Part shown: positions 1 to 11,103 of the stretch, piece after piece
How positions within the stretch are numbered: position 1 is the first letter of the stretch
How the letters are laid out: every line of letters starts with the position of its first letter
Assembly: GCA_051599415.1 (NCBI GenBank)
Contig: AP039705.1
Location: 1 to 64,000 of the forward strand
From: Savitreella phatthalungensis
Lineage: Eukaryota
Direction: 5' to 3'
DNA length: 64,000 nucleotides
The notes under the pieces: generated by a model
The model's input: the letters and a program-made list of their open reading frames with translations, nothing else
What the model was told of the DNA's origin: nothing
Database searches by the model: none
Program-made: the position numbers and the translations under genes

Positions 1-60
1 CCTGTACTTCGTTCAGTTACGTATTGCTAAGGTTAAGACTACTTTCTGCCTTTGCGAGAA
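1..60 (+). other. Sequencing artefact: ONT ligation adapter (1-28), AAGGTTAA flank (29-36) and native barcode (37-60, NB06-type)
   Basis: CCTGTACTTCGTTCAGTTACGTATTGCT-AAGGTTAA-GACTACTTTCTGCCTTTGCGAGAA matches the ONT adapter/native barcode layout as I recall it; it lies distal to the telomere repeats. Confidence 0.93.
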
Positions 61-196
61 CCCTAAGCTAACCCTAACCCTAACCCTAACCCTAACCCTA
101 ACCCTAACCCTAACCCTAACCCTAACCCTAACCCTAACCCTAACCCTAACCCTAACCCTAACCCTAACCCTAACCCTAACCCTAACCCTAACCCTA
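61..196. repeat. Telomere, (CCCTAA)n / TTAGGG type, about 22 units
   Basis: Tandem CCCTAA (second unit imperfect) at the contig start, C-rich strand on +. Confidence 0.98.
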
Positions 197-435
197 AGTT
201 TTGCACATATCTGACCATGCTGGACCAAATATTCCTGTTTCGCACATATCTGACCATGCTGGACCAAATATTCCTGTTTCGCACATATCTGACCATGCTG
301 GACCAAATATTCCTGTTTTGCACATATCTGACCATGCTGGACCAAATATTCCTGTTTTGCACATATCTGACCATGCTGGACCAAATATTCCTGTTTTGCA
401 CATATCTGACCATGCTGGACCAAATATTCCTGTTT
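197..435. repeat. Telomere-adjacent 39-bp tandem satellite, about 6 copies
   Basis: GTTT(T/C)GCACATATCTGACCATGCTGGACCAAATATTCCT repeated head to tail. Confidence 0.95.
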
Positions 436-795
436 GAACATGAGGAAATTTCCGATTTGAATATTCCTGTTTGAATATTCCTGTTTGAACATTCCTGTTT
501 GAACATTCAGAAATTTCCGATTTGAACATTCCTGTTTGAATATTCCTGTTTGAACATTCAGAAATTTCCGATTTGAATATTCCTGTTTGAACATGAGGAA
601 TATTCCTGTTTGAACATGAGGAATATTCCTGTTTGAACATGAGGAATATTCCTGTTTGAACATGAGGAATATTCCTGTTTGAACATGAGGAAATTTCCGA
701 TTTGAATATTCCTGTTTGAACATTCCTGTTTGAACATTCCTGTTTGAACACGAGGAATATTCCTGTTTGAACATGCAAAACATTCCTGTTTGACC
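424..795. repeat. Composite subtelomeric satellite of 14-bp (TTCCTGTTTGAACA) and 23-bp (GAATATTCCTGTTTGAACATGAG) units with AATTTCCGATTTGAA variants
   Basis: Interleaved copies of the ATTCCTGTTTGAA core. Confidence 0.9.
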
Positions 796-1015
796 AGGAG
801 GAAGATGACACCAAATCAGCAGCCAACTTTGTGAACAAGCTGCTAATTTCAACAATGTGGCTATAATTGATCTGAAACCACGGTAGTTACACATATTGAA
901 TGGTTCATAGCTAGAATAAATAGGGAAGCACTCCGGGCACACCTGATTTTACTCGGGGCACACCACAAATTTCGAGTATTAATAATTATTGGTATGGAAT
1001 TAATGAACAAGATAA

Positions 1016-2666
1016 GTGGCAAACCATATTGGATTGGCCCACCGGAATGTAACAATCCCGTCAAGTAAAGCAGAGGTGTTCTGTGCTACATATGGCATGA
1101 TTGCAAAGACGCTTACGGCTAGTGTACCTTACTTCTTGCTCACAGACTTTTTCTGCGGCAAGAAAAGCATGGACACTCTTCTTGAGACACATTGGTTAAC
1201 TTGCAGTGCTCTTCAATTCAATCTTCAGACTAGAGCTAGATCACTCGGGTTTGCTATTGTGATACAATCTTCTGGGTCTTCACAAGTGCGCTTTGAAAGC
1301 GCTCTGCATGGGGAAACCCGTGATCTACAGCGCAGAGGTCTTACACATCAAGATCAGACATCTGATGCGCCAAACAGGAGGCGATCAACCACAAGCAGGG
1401 CTGGCAGCTGCCCATTCTACATACACGCCCATTGTAAGCATGGTCTGTGGTATGTGCGTCACATCAGTGAGCTACACAATCATGGCACACAATCTGCAGT
1501 TGCGTTCCATGAAAATTGACAACTCAGCAAGAATGAGCATCAGCATGTTGTTGAGGCTGCAAAGTCAGGAGTACGGGCAAGTAGCATCCTGCAGACCTTA
1601 CGTGCTTACAATTCAAACACACTGGCGCCAAGTTGTGAGGTCTACAACATCATATCACGGCAGCGCATTGTGGATCTGAGAGGACTCTCACCATTTGTGG
1701 CCTTACTACATGCCGTTGATGAGAACAACTTAGACTCATCTGTGAAGTTTGATCAGCAGATGTCAGCAACAGCAATCTGGCTTGCTCATCGACGTTTGCT
1801 TGAGCGTTATCCAACAACGCTCCTGATGGACAGAACAACGCTCCTGATGGACAGTACATATTGCACTGTGCGGCAAAAGGATCCACTCTTACACATTGTT
1901 GGAGTCACAACTACAAATCAGACATTTACAGTGGCCCTCTGCTGGATGAAGTCAGAAACGGCTGTCATCTATGCATGGGCACTCTGTCAATTATGTCATC
2001 ATCTACAGCACAATACTTTGCCACAGGTTATTTCAACAGATAATGATGCCGCTCTCATGTTTGCAATACAGTCAGTGTTTCCAGAATTGCACAACATACT
2101 GTGTCTCTGTGATATAAGCCAAAAGGGCCTGATCATCAGAGAACTTTTGAATGCAGCTCATGCCGCCATTTCTCAACTTCGCTTGTGCTGGAGGCATAAC
2201 AAAGCTTTGACCATGCTTGTAAGAAGGCCTTGTGCTTCTGTTTGCGCTGAGGGTCGCCGTGTTGCCGCCGTTGTGCCGCTTGTGTTTGACAATGAGTTGT
2301 CTGATCTTCTTGAGATCCTTCTGTGCTTTCCAGTGGAACAGCAAAGTGTTGACGAGATCTCTTCAGGACATTCTTCATGATGTGCCAGAGACATGGCAAC
2401 CACACAAACATTGCTTTGTACTCAATTGGACCAAACTCCATCCACATATGGGTAATGCAACAACATCACAAGCAGAAGGAGCCCACTCACATCTCAAACA
2501 CTTTCTTGCTGTGTCAACAGGGAACTATCTGACTGCGTGGCAAAGCTTTGATATTGAAATCCCTACCCAAACTCGATGTCGGCCTTGGCTCAAACGGCAT
2601 GGTCCAGCTCTGCTCACAGATCCAGCATCCACAAGACGCCTGCCCAGCTCTTTCGAACTTCCCTAA
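1016..2666 (+). pseudogene. Degenerate Mutator-like (MULE/FAR1-type) transposase
   Basis: Motifs CPF..HNH, LLMDSTY, PLLHIVGVT, SET..YAWAL, STDNDAAL..AI..VFP, HMGNATTSQAEGAHSHLK. Lesions: in-frame TGA at 1517-1519, 21-bp duplication at ~1813-1854, inverted segment 2102-2393. Confidence 0.9.
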
Positions 2667-3289
2667 GCTGTCAGCAAGGCTTGCCATTGTCCTGGTATGA
2701 TTTGAATGACCTTTACTGAAAAAGATGTTCTCGTCAATGGAACGTGGCAAACTCATTATTTTCCTTCAAATAGCTTAACCAACAGATAGATTGCCGTCAG
2801 GTAGATTGCTGTTAAGCCTAGAGTATCAGAGAGTTGTTGGACTGTCAAATCAAGATAGATTGTTGATCAGCTTGAGCATAGTGTGTCGGATATTGATATG
2901 AGCAGCCGTACCTTTGCTGCACATGCAGACCACTGATACAGAGGGCGTTTCAGATTGATGACTGACAGGGTTGCGTCTAAGCCAAATAGATTGCTGTCAG
3001 AGTAGCGTGACGCCTGCGTAACAGCGCCAGCCCTCCATCTTTGTGTAGCCTGATGTGCTCCAGGGTGACAAGTATGATGAATCATGCTGTGTTTGAGGTT
3101 GAGTGCATAGCGTGTCAGTAACAGCTGTTAACTGTCAATTGACGGGTAGCGTGCTGTTTCAGGTAGGCAAGACACGACGCAACATGACAATGGCCCTCAT
3201 GGCAATCTGTCAGCAGCTGCAAGACAGTAACATTAAGATCATCATTATGCTGTACACACACAATGACGACCTTAAGGTTACAAGTTACT

Positions 3290-3580
3290 GCTGACTGGTG
3301 TGGTGTCGAGCTACGCATTTTGTGTGATCTTGTTACGAATACAGCAGATACATGACCACTCCAACATTCGTGTTTCACGTTCAGTGTTGGTATGTTTCCC
3401 ATTCAGTGGTAGCTGACCAAAGAATCACTCAAGTTGATCAACTCTCTGTGAAAATAGCCCCAGATAGGTTGACTTAGCCTTCTCTGACCTCATTCTGGCC
3501 AGCTGGTATCAAAAGCAGCCGCTGAAATTTGTATGTAGCAGATTTCCATAGATTGAAAGGCCGCAGAGATGATTGTCACA
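3290..3580 (-). pseudogene. Relic coding sequence of unknown product, apparently CpG-decayed
   Basis: One minus frame reads ..F*YQLARMRSEKAKSTYLGLFSQRVDQLE*FFGQLP..RETRMLEW.., with stops restorable by TGA->CGA. Confidence 0.35.
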
Positions 3581-4409
3581 TCCGCCTTTGTTGTCTGGGC
3601 TCATCGAATACATTTGTACACAACGCTGTCACTTCCGCAATCACTCGGTCTATGTATGACAAGATTGTAGCCACACATAAAGCCGTCAAATAGTATCTAT
3701 CTGTGCTAGGTCCCGATCTTGGTGATATCTTGCTTACTGTCTGTATACGGCACGCTGTGTCTCCTTGTCCCTGGGTCCAGCCTGCCATGTCAGCAGCGAC
3801 TGGCCATTTCAGCAGAGTTGTGGTACATATCAGTCACAGTATGGATTGGTACCATCAACTTGGTCCAACCTCTCACAATCCTTCTGCTTCTGTTTTTACT
3901 TGTTTGTAAGCGTTTGGGAAGCGTTTATGTCTGTTTGTGGTGTTAGGTGAGCTTCGTCTGAGTCCTCCTGTGCTGTTTGTCTTGTGTCTGTGTTGCTTCG
4001 TCCATCGCTCTTGATTCCTGCGGCCGTCCTTTGTAACAATGATCAACGGATGAGATGAGACATTCAGGGCTATATTTGTCAGCCTGCTGCTAATATCATG
4101 AATGAGGGATGTGAAAACAGGAGGCAAGTGTCGTAAGACACAGACAAGTTCTGCTAGATGTTCTCAGGCGATAACAATCGAAGGTTGACTCTTGTTGCAT
4201 CGCACGCACACAATGTCTGATTCTCTTGTCTCCGGAACAGCTGTTTGCCACTGCAGAGGTGCATCTTCTGACCAAGAGCGCGTCTCTTCCACTTTTGTTA
4301 GAACTAACAAATTCTTGCCACCATCTGCGGAACATTCTGGTTGCGGCCCCACAGTTTATTGATCTGGTGGACAGGATCCCGGATACTGTGTGATCTATAT
4401 ATGAGACTT

Positions 4410-4525
4410 TGTTACACCTTGGTTTGACTGATCGCTTTTCGCTCCTGGCACGTGATCTGGGTCGCTAGGACCTGATTTCAGATACGAACAAACAGAACAC
4501 GTAGCCTTTATCCAATTGCGTTACA
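4410..4525 (+). mobile_element. Solo LTR-like element, 116 bp, TSD GACTT
   Basis: TGTTAC...GTTACA termini; GACTT at 4405-4409 and 4526-4530; identical copy at 10951-11066. Confidence 0.85.
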
Positions 4526-4992
4526 GACTTGAGAAACGGGATTTTGACAAAATCCCGCGATTTTATCGTTAATCTGGACAGGGTCGAAAATTTCATCAAG
4601 TGGCAATTTATAGGTCAATCTGGCGACGGTCAAGAGTTTGAACAAATCGAAAACAAGAGGTCAATCTGAGGACGGTCACAGGTTGAATCCCGCGTCCCGC
4701 AAAATTGTATCCACTTTCTTGCGGGAAACGGGATGCGGGAAAAAGTGTGGCTGAAAGCAGGAAACGGGATTTCCTCATAAAATAGTAGGAAACAGGATTT
4801 ATAAATCTACTTTGCTCTCATTGGTCGAGCTACCCGTCGAAATCACCTCAGATGAGTCGAGCGTTCATTGCCTGAGCTCCCGCAAAGCGTCGTTCTGATT
4901 CCCACCAGATTCACAAGCTAGTAAGTTGTCGTAGATATAGCGATTGTTGACCTTGTGTAGTTTGGAAGCGTCTTGAAGCTGGAGCAGGCCGT

Positions 4993-6654
4993 TCAACAGG
5001 GTTCGGGACGCGCGCAAGTGGACCGTCCTGCCTGTCGATGGCAAACTGTCGCGGTCCCCTGTTCCTCCTCGTGCTGGTTTGTCGTCAAGTCTGGAGGCAA
5101 AGCTTGTGGCGCTGCTGCTACTGATGGGTTGCCCATTGCTGATGTCCTCGGAGTGGCACCTCCTGCTCGTCCTCGTCCTCCTCTGCTCCCCCTCCCGCCC
5201 CTGCTCCCTCTCCCTCCTCTGCTCCCTCTGCCCCCTCTGGCACCTCTGCCTTGACGTGCTGGTGTAGCCTCCGGTGATGCTGTCTGAGATGTTGTCGTCG
5301 TTGTCTGTTGTCTCTTGGCCGTACGAGCTCGGCCGCGAGAAGCGGAGTTCTGTGCTTGGCTGCTCTGAGGACGCAGCGCTCTGGACCCTGGCAGGGGTGA
5401 AGCAGTTCTGGGTTCGTGTGGCAGTCTTCCTGGCAAGAGATCTCTTCGCTGGTAGAAAGTCAGTAGATGAAGCTTCATAATAGTCGTTGCGGTGAGGCTC
5501 ACGCTCGGGGACTCACCAGGGTCAAAAAGGCCCTCAGTCCGTGCTCGAGTGGTCGGCGATAGTCTTGGACTCTTGAGAGATAGTTAGTAGCATGAAGCAA
5601 TTCGTGTGACATGATGACTGACCTCTTCTGGCAAACGGCGACGGCGTGCACTCGAGATCTGCGGGGTGCTCGGCGCTGGCTGCGGAACTTCGTTTGGCGT
5701 CCCGGTAAGTCCTGGTGTTTGGTAACGTGCATCAGGCTCAGATTCGCTCTGGGGATATGCATCGGGTTCTTCTTCAGTTGGCGCGGCAGGATTGTCCCGG
5801 TATAGACTGTCGATCCGAAGAACAGGGGTATCGGCATCGGTAGGACGCATGCTGTCCAACGGAATTGATTGTCTTAGCATTGTCGGTGACACAGGCGACG
5901 GTATTTGAATAGTCGATTGCTGGCCTTCATTCAACGTAGTAAGGGAACTAGGCTCTGTGCTTCGCTGCTGCTCTGTGACTGTCAGAATCACTGGGTCAAT
6001 AACACTTGGCCGCTCGGATTGCGGTCCACCTGGTGAATTAGCGACTTCCTGCTCTGACTCGACTTCTGACCCTGCAGCCGGTGCTGCAGCTAGAGTAGCA
6101 TCTTGCTGGCTCCCTGATCTTCGCCGTTGGATTGACTGTTGTCGGCTCGGCCTCTTGTCATTAGTTCGATTCTGGAGATATTTCCGTAGCAGTAAGCAGG
6201 GCTCCCAATCATTGACGCACCGCCTGAGCAACGGAATTTCTTCCTGTAATCGTCTGTAGAACATTCCTTTGAGCGTGCTGGGAACCTGAGAGAAGAGCCA
6301 CACATTTCGACGTTCCGTTTCAGTAACAGATGAAGGCTGCCTACCAGCTCGCTCAGCCCGCGCGATAGCTGTGCGCTCATCAAATCGGAGAGAAGTCCAC
6401 AATCTGCGAACAGTCTTACGGTTGTGACTCATGGTCGGCCTGTCAATGCCGAGCTTTTGCATACGAGTCTCTGAGGTTGCGTCTCCGACCACACAAGGAT
6501 CCTCAATGTCTGGCGGTCCCCACTCGGGTGGACGGTCAATCGTGACAGATTCAACATCGTCCGATGGTTCCTGCCTCACGCTCTCTCAATTTGCCTTCCA
6601 GACACGGAACTCCTGGTACTCAGCCAGATCAACTTCAATGCTCGGCTGAGACAT
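4993..6654 (-). pseudogene. CACTA accessory gene (ORF2), spliced, RGG-rich C-terminal part, early TGA
   Basis: ATG 6654 (MSQPSIEVDLAEYQEFRVWKAN*ESVRQEP..) with TGA at 6586-6588, then a long open frame. Predicted introns 5572-5622 (GTCAGT..TACTAAC..AAG) and 5449-5502 (GTGAGC..TACTGAC..CAG) join it to the RGGRGSRGG frame. Confidence 0.6.
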
Positions 6655-6920
6655 GACACGATAGAATCAGCCTCGTTGGACACTGTCTCGCTCTATGTGA
6701 GCATCTCGTGAAGTCGTCTTCATATGACATACGTGCGTACAGAAGAAAGACTTAGCAAATTCTGTTTCACGAAGCGCATGAAAGCGATCTGGCCAGCACG
6801 TGATCAGGAGCAAAACTTCAATGTTCGAACGCGTGCCGGCTGGCACTTCCACTTTCACGTACGCAATAGCTGGAACTCTTTTGGTGATGGAATTCTGGTG
6901 CCTAGTGATAGTGTGATGTA

Positions 6921-9887
6921 CTAGCTGTCTTCGTCATCGTGCGCTTTGTTGAACATTTCGATCCTCCAAGTCTGCACAATGAAGTGTGTTGCCACCTGAG
7001 GTTCGCTCGCTGAAGGGTGTCGGGGACAGTTCAGCAGGCCAATTGGGGCGAGCACCTGCTGAGCATCAACAGGAACGACGTTCGAGCGGATTCCAACAAT
7101 TGCGGGATAAGGCGTCTCCCATGCAGACTGTGCAGGCGCAGTGGGATGTCGTATATTATCTAGCCGGCCAAGTCGATCCGTCCAGAGGATCATGCGTCGA
7201 CAATATAAGGTGCAACGAGTCCCAGTCTCGTCAATCAGTATCCTGTCAACCAAACCATAGTCTGAGGTTCCGTCTGCGCTGCTGAACTTGATATAAGATC
7301 GCGATCGTGTGACTCCCCTGTAGGAATTGCTGGCATTGACTCCGAAGCATTTAGCCGTTCCATGTGCCGGAAAGAGCTCTATCGACCTCCATTCGCGCGT
7401 ACTACCTGGCACAGGAGATGAAAGGCGCGCATATTTGCGTCCTTGAGCGTCGACTAGCTCAAGCTCAGATGCAGCATCAACACAGTGGGCTTCTTCTTGT
7501 ATGCCAAACAGCGCCTTCGCAAGAATGACCTTCCGTCTCAGTTCAAGGTGATTCTTGACCCCAACTCCAACGTGTCTGAGCGACGTAACATCCAACGTAC
7601 CCATAAACCTTTCCGCGGGAAACTGCCAGAATACCCATGCCGGGCCTAGCTTCCGTATGCACTCCGCGATGTGTGTCAACGCATGGATTTGCGACGTGCA
7701 AACCTTCAAGCGGCGACTAGCGATGGGCTTGTCGAGGCGGCCAAAGAGGATTTCGAAGCCTCGAATAAATGATTTGAAGCACCAATCGAGTCTGTCGACT
7801 TCGCGCGACGATAGACAAGTCTTTGTTGCCAGCCGCACTCCTTCGACAAAGAGACGCCAGTTATCGTAGAGCCGGCTATCCACTCCAACCGCGTACATGA
7901 AAGGCACGGAGATCTGCAGGACCCATGCCTGCCAGTCCACTGCCTTCCACTTGCCTCTCTCAGTGAATGGCTGATATCTTCGGGCGACGCTTGTTGGTAT
8001 TTTTGAGCAATCTCGAAGCAATGCGTCAAGACTGCGGATCTGGTCAAGGGAGAGAAAGATATTTCCGTCACTTGGGTCACGTGCACGCTCATTCCTGCCA
8101 CTTTCAAGCAGATTGGCATGCAGCCTCGCAACATTCACCACGAGGTGCATGAGATCAAGACCAAACGAGTGTGGCCAACGGGGAGGTGAATATGCCGAGA
8201 CGCCGAGCGATCTCTTGGCCTCATCTCGTGTTGCATTGTCTGTGATCTGATACAAATCAATGATGTCTTGTTTCAGATTCTTGCGTGGCCGCGGGTCTTC
8301 GCCATTGACAGAAAACATGGTGGTGTAGCAGTAATGCCTATTGTTGGCGTACCAAACGCCGATGCTGGTGCAGAACCGGCAATGGACGAGAGCATTTGTG
8401 CCTTTCAAGCCCATCATCTTTGCCATTGCGGGCAAATCAGCTGAAAAGACAAGAATCTTGACCTTGAGATGCACAACTTGCTGTCTGGCGCTGTGCCAGA
8501 CCTGTACTCCAGAACGCTCAAGCTCCTTATACTCATCGATCATTGTTGCCATGAACGTGCCAAGGTGTTTCACATTACCCGGAATGAAGGCTGCCGGAAA
8601 CGGCGACTGGGCGCGAATTGCCGGCAGATCGCAAAGGTTGAACAGCAGGATCGGCCACATTGAATTACCACCGATCTCAACGCCATCAGTTGTCATCGAT
8701 AACACGATGATGTCCTTGCTGAGGAGCTCCTGACCAAGTTTGCCATCCCAAAAGTCGCTGTACTCGAGCGGCTGGTGTGCTCGCGCTGCTTGTTGAGCTC
8801 GAGCAGCTCGCATGTACTCGTCTCGACGTCTTGCGATTGTCGGTACCGCATATTCGGCTTGCAGCTGCTGCGTGAGTGGTGATACGAAGTACGACTTGAT
8901 CTCCTTGTGAGTAGCGACGACGCATGCAGGCCATGGCTCACCATTGAGCCCCATGCAGAAATTTGCACAGCACGGCCTTGCGATATTTGGTAAAGCCGGG
9001 AGCAGGTCTACGAGCATGCTCTTAGCTGATTTCATCGATATACAAGGCGAGCCGCCAAGGCGAGGCGTCATTCGATCCACAGAGCAAATTGAGGGCTTGA
9101 AAGTGCTATACCAAGCAAGTTTCTCGAGCGCTAAGACCTGTGCATCACTCAGACGTGTGGTACTGAATATGGCATAGTCTTTGAGATAGCCTGACATCAA
9201 GTCAGGGCCACTCTCGTCTGAGGAGCTGTCTTGGCCTGGACTGCTAGAGCGATCTGGAACTGGACTGCTAGAGCGATCTTGGACTTGACTGCTGAAGCGA
9301 TCTGGAACTGGACTGCTAGAGCGATCTTGAACTTGGCTGCTAAAGCAATCTGGAACTGGACTGCTAGAGCGATCTTGAACTTGGCTGCTAAAGCGATCTG
9401 GAACTGGACTGCTAGAGCGATCTGAAACTGGACTGCTGAAATGAATGCATGGCATGTCTGCTTGGACCTCCTCAATTTGAACAGCACCGCTTTGCTCAGC
9501 ATCAATAGTCCAGGATTGGGCCAGCGGTGTAGTCACAGCTGCTAAAGGCACAGTCGCCCTGGACACAGCGAGAATTGACACAGGCGCAGTTGGTGCAGGT
9601 GCAGTTGGTGCAGGTGCAGTTGGTGCAGTTGGTGCTGTTGGTGCAGTTGGCGTAGGAGCAGTTGAAGTAGCAGCAACGGGCGCAGCAGCAGTCAGCACAA
9701 CTGTACTACGAGCCGCCCTTTGAAAACTCTGAGAGTATCGAGTATCGGATCCTTGATCTTCATTGCGACGAATCCTATGAATGATTCTTGCACGCAAATC
9801 CGCCTGGTGCTCTTCAAAGGTCGCAAGAGAGACAAGATGTCGCCTGGTCTTTCAATCGCATGTACACCATCTTCGCTCTGCTCGCAT
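6921..9887 (-). CDS. CACTA/EnSpm TNP2-like (Transposase_21-type) DDE transposase; probable true start 9887, interrupted by TGA at codon 12
   Basis: Motifs TTDGV..SMWPI..NL, FSADLPAMAKMMGLKG.NA..HCRFC, DLMH, WKA.DW, HALTH....IRKLGPAWVFWQFPAERFMG; open from 9851 to 6921. Confidence 0.88.
9236..9440 (-). repeat. 24-bp coding minisatellite (SSSPVPDR / FSSQVQDR) in the transposase N-terminus
   Basis: About 8 tandem units related to GGACTGCTAGAGCGATCTGGAACT. Confidence 0.85.
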
Positions 9888-10029
9888 ACTGGAGACTCAT
9901 TCCGAGGTGCTTGCGCTTGGTAAATCGAAGTGTTGTATGATATCCAAGATGCATTGGCGTATCTTGGCGCATCATACGCAGCCTCTGGTCATTGGCCTGG
10001 GACTCCATCAAGCTCAGCTCAAACCAACA

Positions 10030-10655
10030 AATCCTGTTTCCTGCTGCCAGATCCCGTTTCCCATTTCCTGTTTCTCATTTTCTGCAGCAAGATCTTTGGA
10101 CCTCCTTGCAACTTCGAGTGAAGAGCAGCTCACAACACGATCTCCATTTGCCTTGAGTCACAACTTCGATTCCACGCAAACTTCACGTGCCCTCAATTCC
10201 TACAATTTTTGCGGCCCATTCCCGTTTCCCGTTCTTCGGTTCCCGTTTCCCGGACGTCCATTTCCTGTTTCCTACTTGTGTCCCAAGCATTTCCCGCCTC
10301 CCGTTTCCAGTGTCCCGTCTGTCAAAATCCCGTTTCCTGCTGTCGTCCCAGACATTTCCCGCGTCCCGTTTCCAGTCTCCTGTCTGTGAGAAACCCGTTT
10401 CCTGCAGCAGAATCCCGTTTCCTGCTGTCGTCCTAAGCATTTCCCGCATCCCGTTTCCAGTCTCCTGTCTGCTGAAATCCCGTTTCCCGTGGCAAAATCC
10501 CGTTTCCCGGACATCAAAATCCTGCTTCCCGCGTCACTACCTCAATTTTATTAGATATTTTCAAAAAAATCCCGCGAGGAAAAAATTCGAAATCCCGTCA
10601 TTTCCTGGAGGTTACAGTGAGGAAAAGTTTTCCTCCACAGTAAAATCCCGTCTTT
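10030..10655. repeat. Subterminal repeat array of the CACTA element (TCCCGTTTCC / TCCTGTTTC motifs, with ~85-bp higher-order units)
   Basis: Many motif copies; the reverse-orientation GAAACGGGAT/GAAACAGGAT occurs at 4533-4800. Confidence 0.85.
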
Positions 10656-10699
10656 CAGGTTTTATAGGGATATATATACTGATCAGATTTAGTATTGGT

Positions 10700-10866
10700 T
10701 GTCAAAGCAAACGGTTGCACGATGGAGGAAAAGATGCTCTTCTGGAAGAGCGACGCGCGTCCTCTCAAAGAGGAGTCGTAGAATGGTAGTATGATGGGAA
10801 AGACAGATTGTAGCTGGTGCGCCGAGAACACGAGGCACAAGACATGTTGCAGTCCGTGGTGTAACA
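10700..10866. mobile_element. Putative solo LTR (TGTCAAAG...GGTGTAACA), reconstructed TSD TTGGT
   Basis: TTGGT at 10695-10699; TTGGT follows it again once the 10871-11103 insertion is removed. Confidence 0.45.
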
Positions 10867-10870
10867 TTGA

Positions 10871-11103
10871 TGTAACGCAATTGATTAGGAAAGGCTACGT
10901 GTGCAGAATTTGTATCTAAAACCAGCTCGTTGCGACTAAATCTCTTGCCATGTTACACCTTGGTTTGACTGATCGCTTTTCGCTCCTGGCACGTGATCTG
11001 GGTCGCTAGGACCTGATTTCAGATACGAACAAACAGAACACGTAGCCTTTATCCAATTGCGTTACATGCCAGGACAAAGCAATCAGCGACCACAGGCGTT
11101 ACA
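10871..11103 (-). mobile_element. Older diverged solo LTR of the 116-bp family, opposite orientation, split by a nested copy
   Basis: 10871-10950 plus 11072-11103 align to the reverse complement of the 116-bp element (TGTAACGCAATTG..AAAGGCTACGTG; TGCCAGGA..AAGC.ATCAG); flanks ATTGA/ATTGG. Confidence 0.7.
10951..11066 (+). mobile_element. Solo LTR-like element, 116 bp, TSD TGCCA
   Basis: Identical to 4410-4525; TGCCA at 10946-10950 and 11067-11071. Confidence 0.88.

Larger units (their letters stand above)
4400..10669 (-). mobile_element. CACTA/EnSpm-family DNA transposon, about 6.3 kb
   Basis: Carries a TNP2-like transposase and a second gene. Degenerate TIRs: left TATGAGACTT[solo LTR]GAGAAACGGGATTTT versus right reverse complement CCCTATAAAACCTGAAAGACGGGATTTT. 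Subterminal TCCCGTTTCC motifs are predominantly in opposite orientation at the two ends. Confidence 0.8.

Noticed and set aside
13..942. ORFs with RVRVRV/LGLGLG and repeated peptides
   Set aside because: Translations of telomere and satellite repeats running into adapter sequence.
800..4400. Telomere-linked RecQ helicase gene
   Set aside because: No helicase motifs found; the recognisable part is a MULE relic.
4410..11066. One LTR retrotransposon bounded by the two 116-bp direct repeats
   Set aside because: Each copy has its own distinct TSD, and the interior encodes a CACTA transposase with no recognisable gag, RT or integrase.
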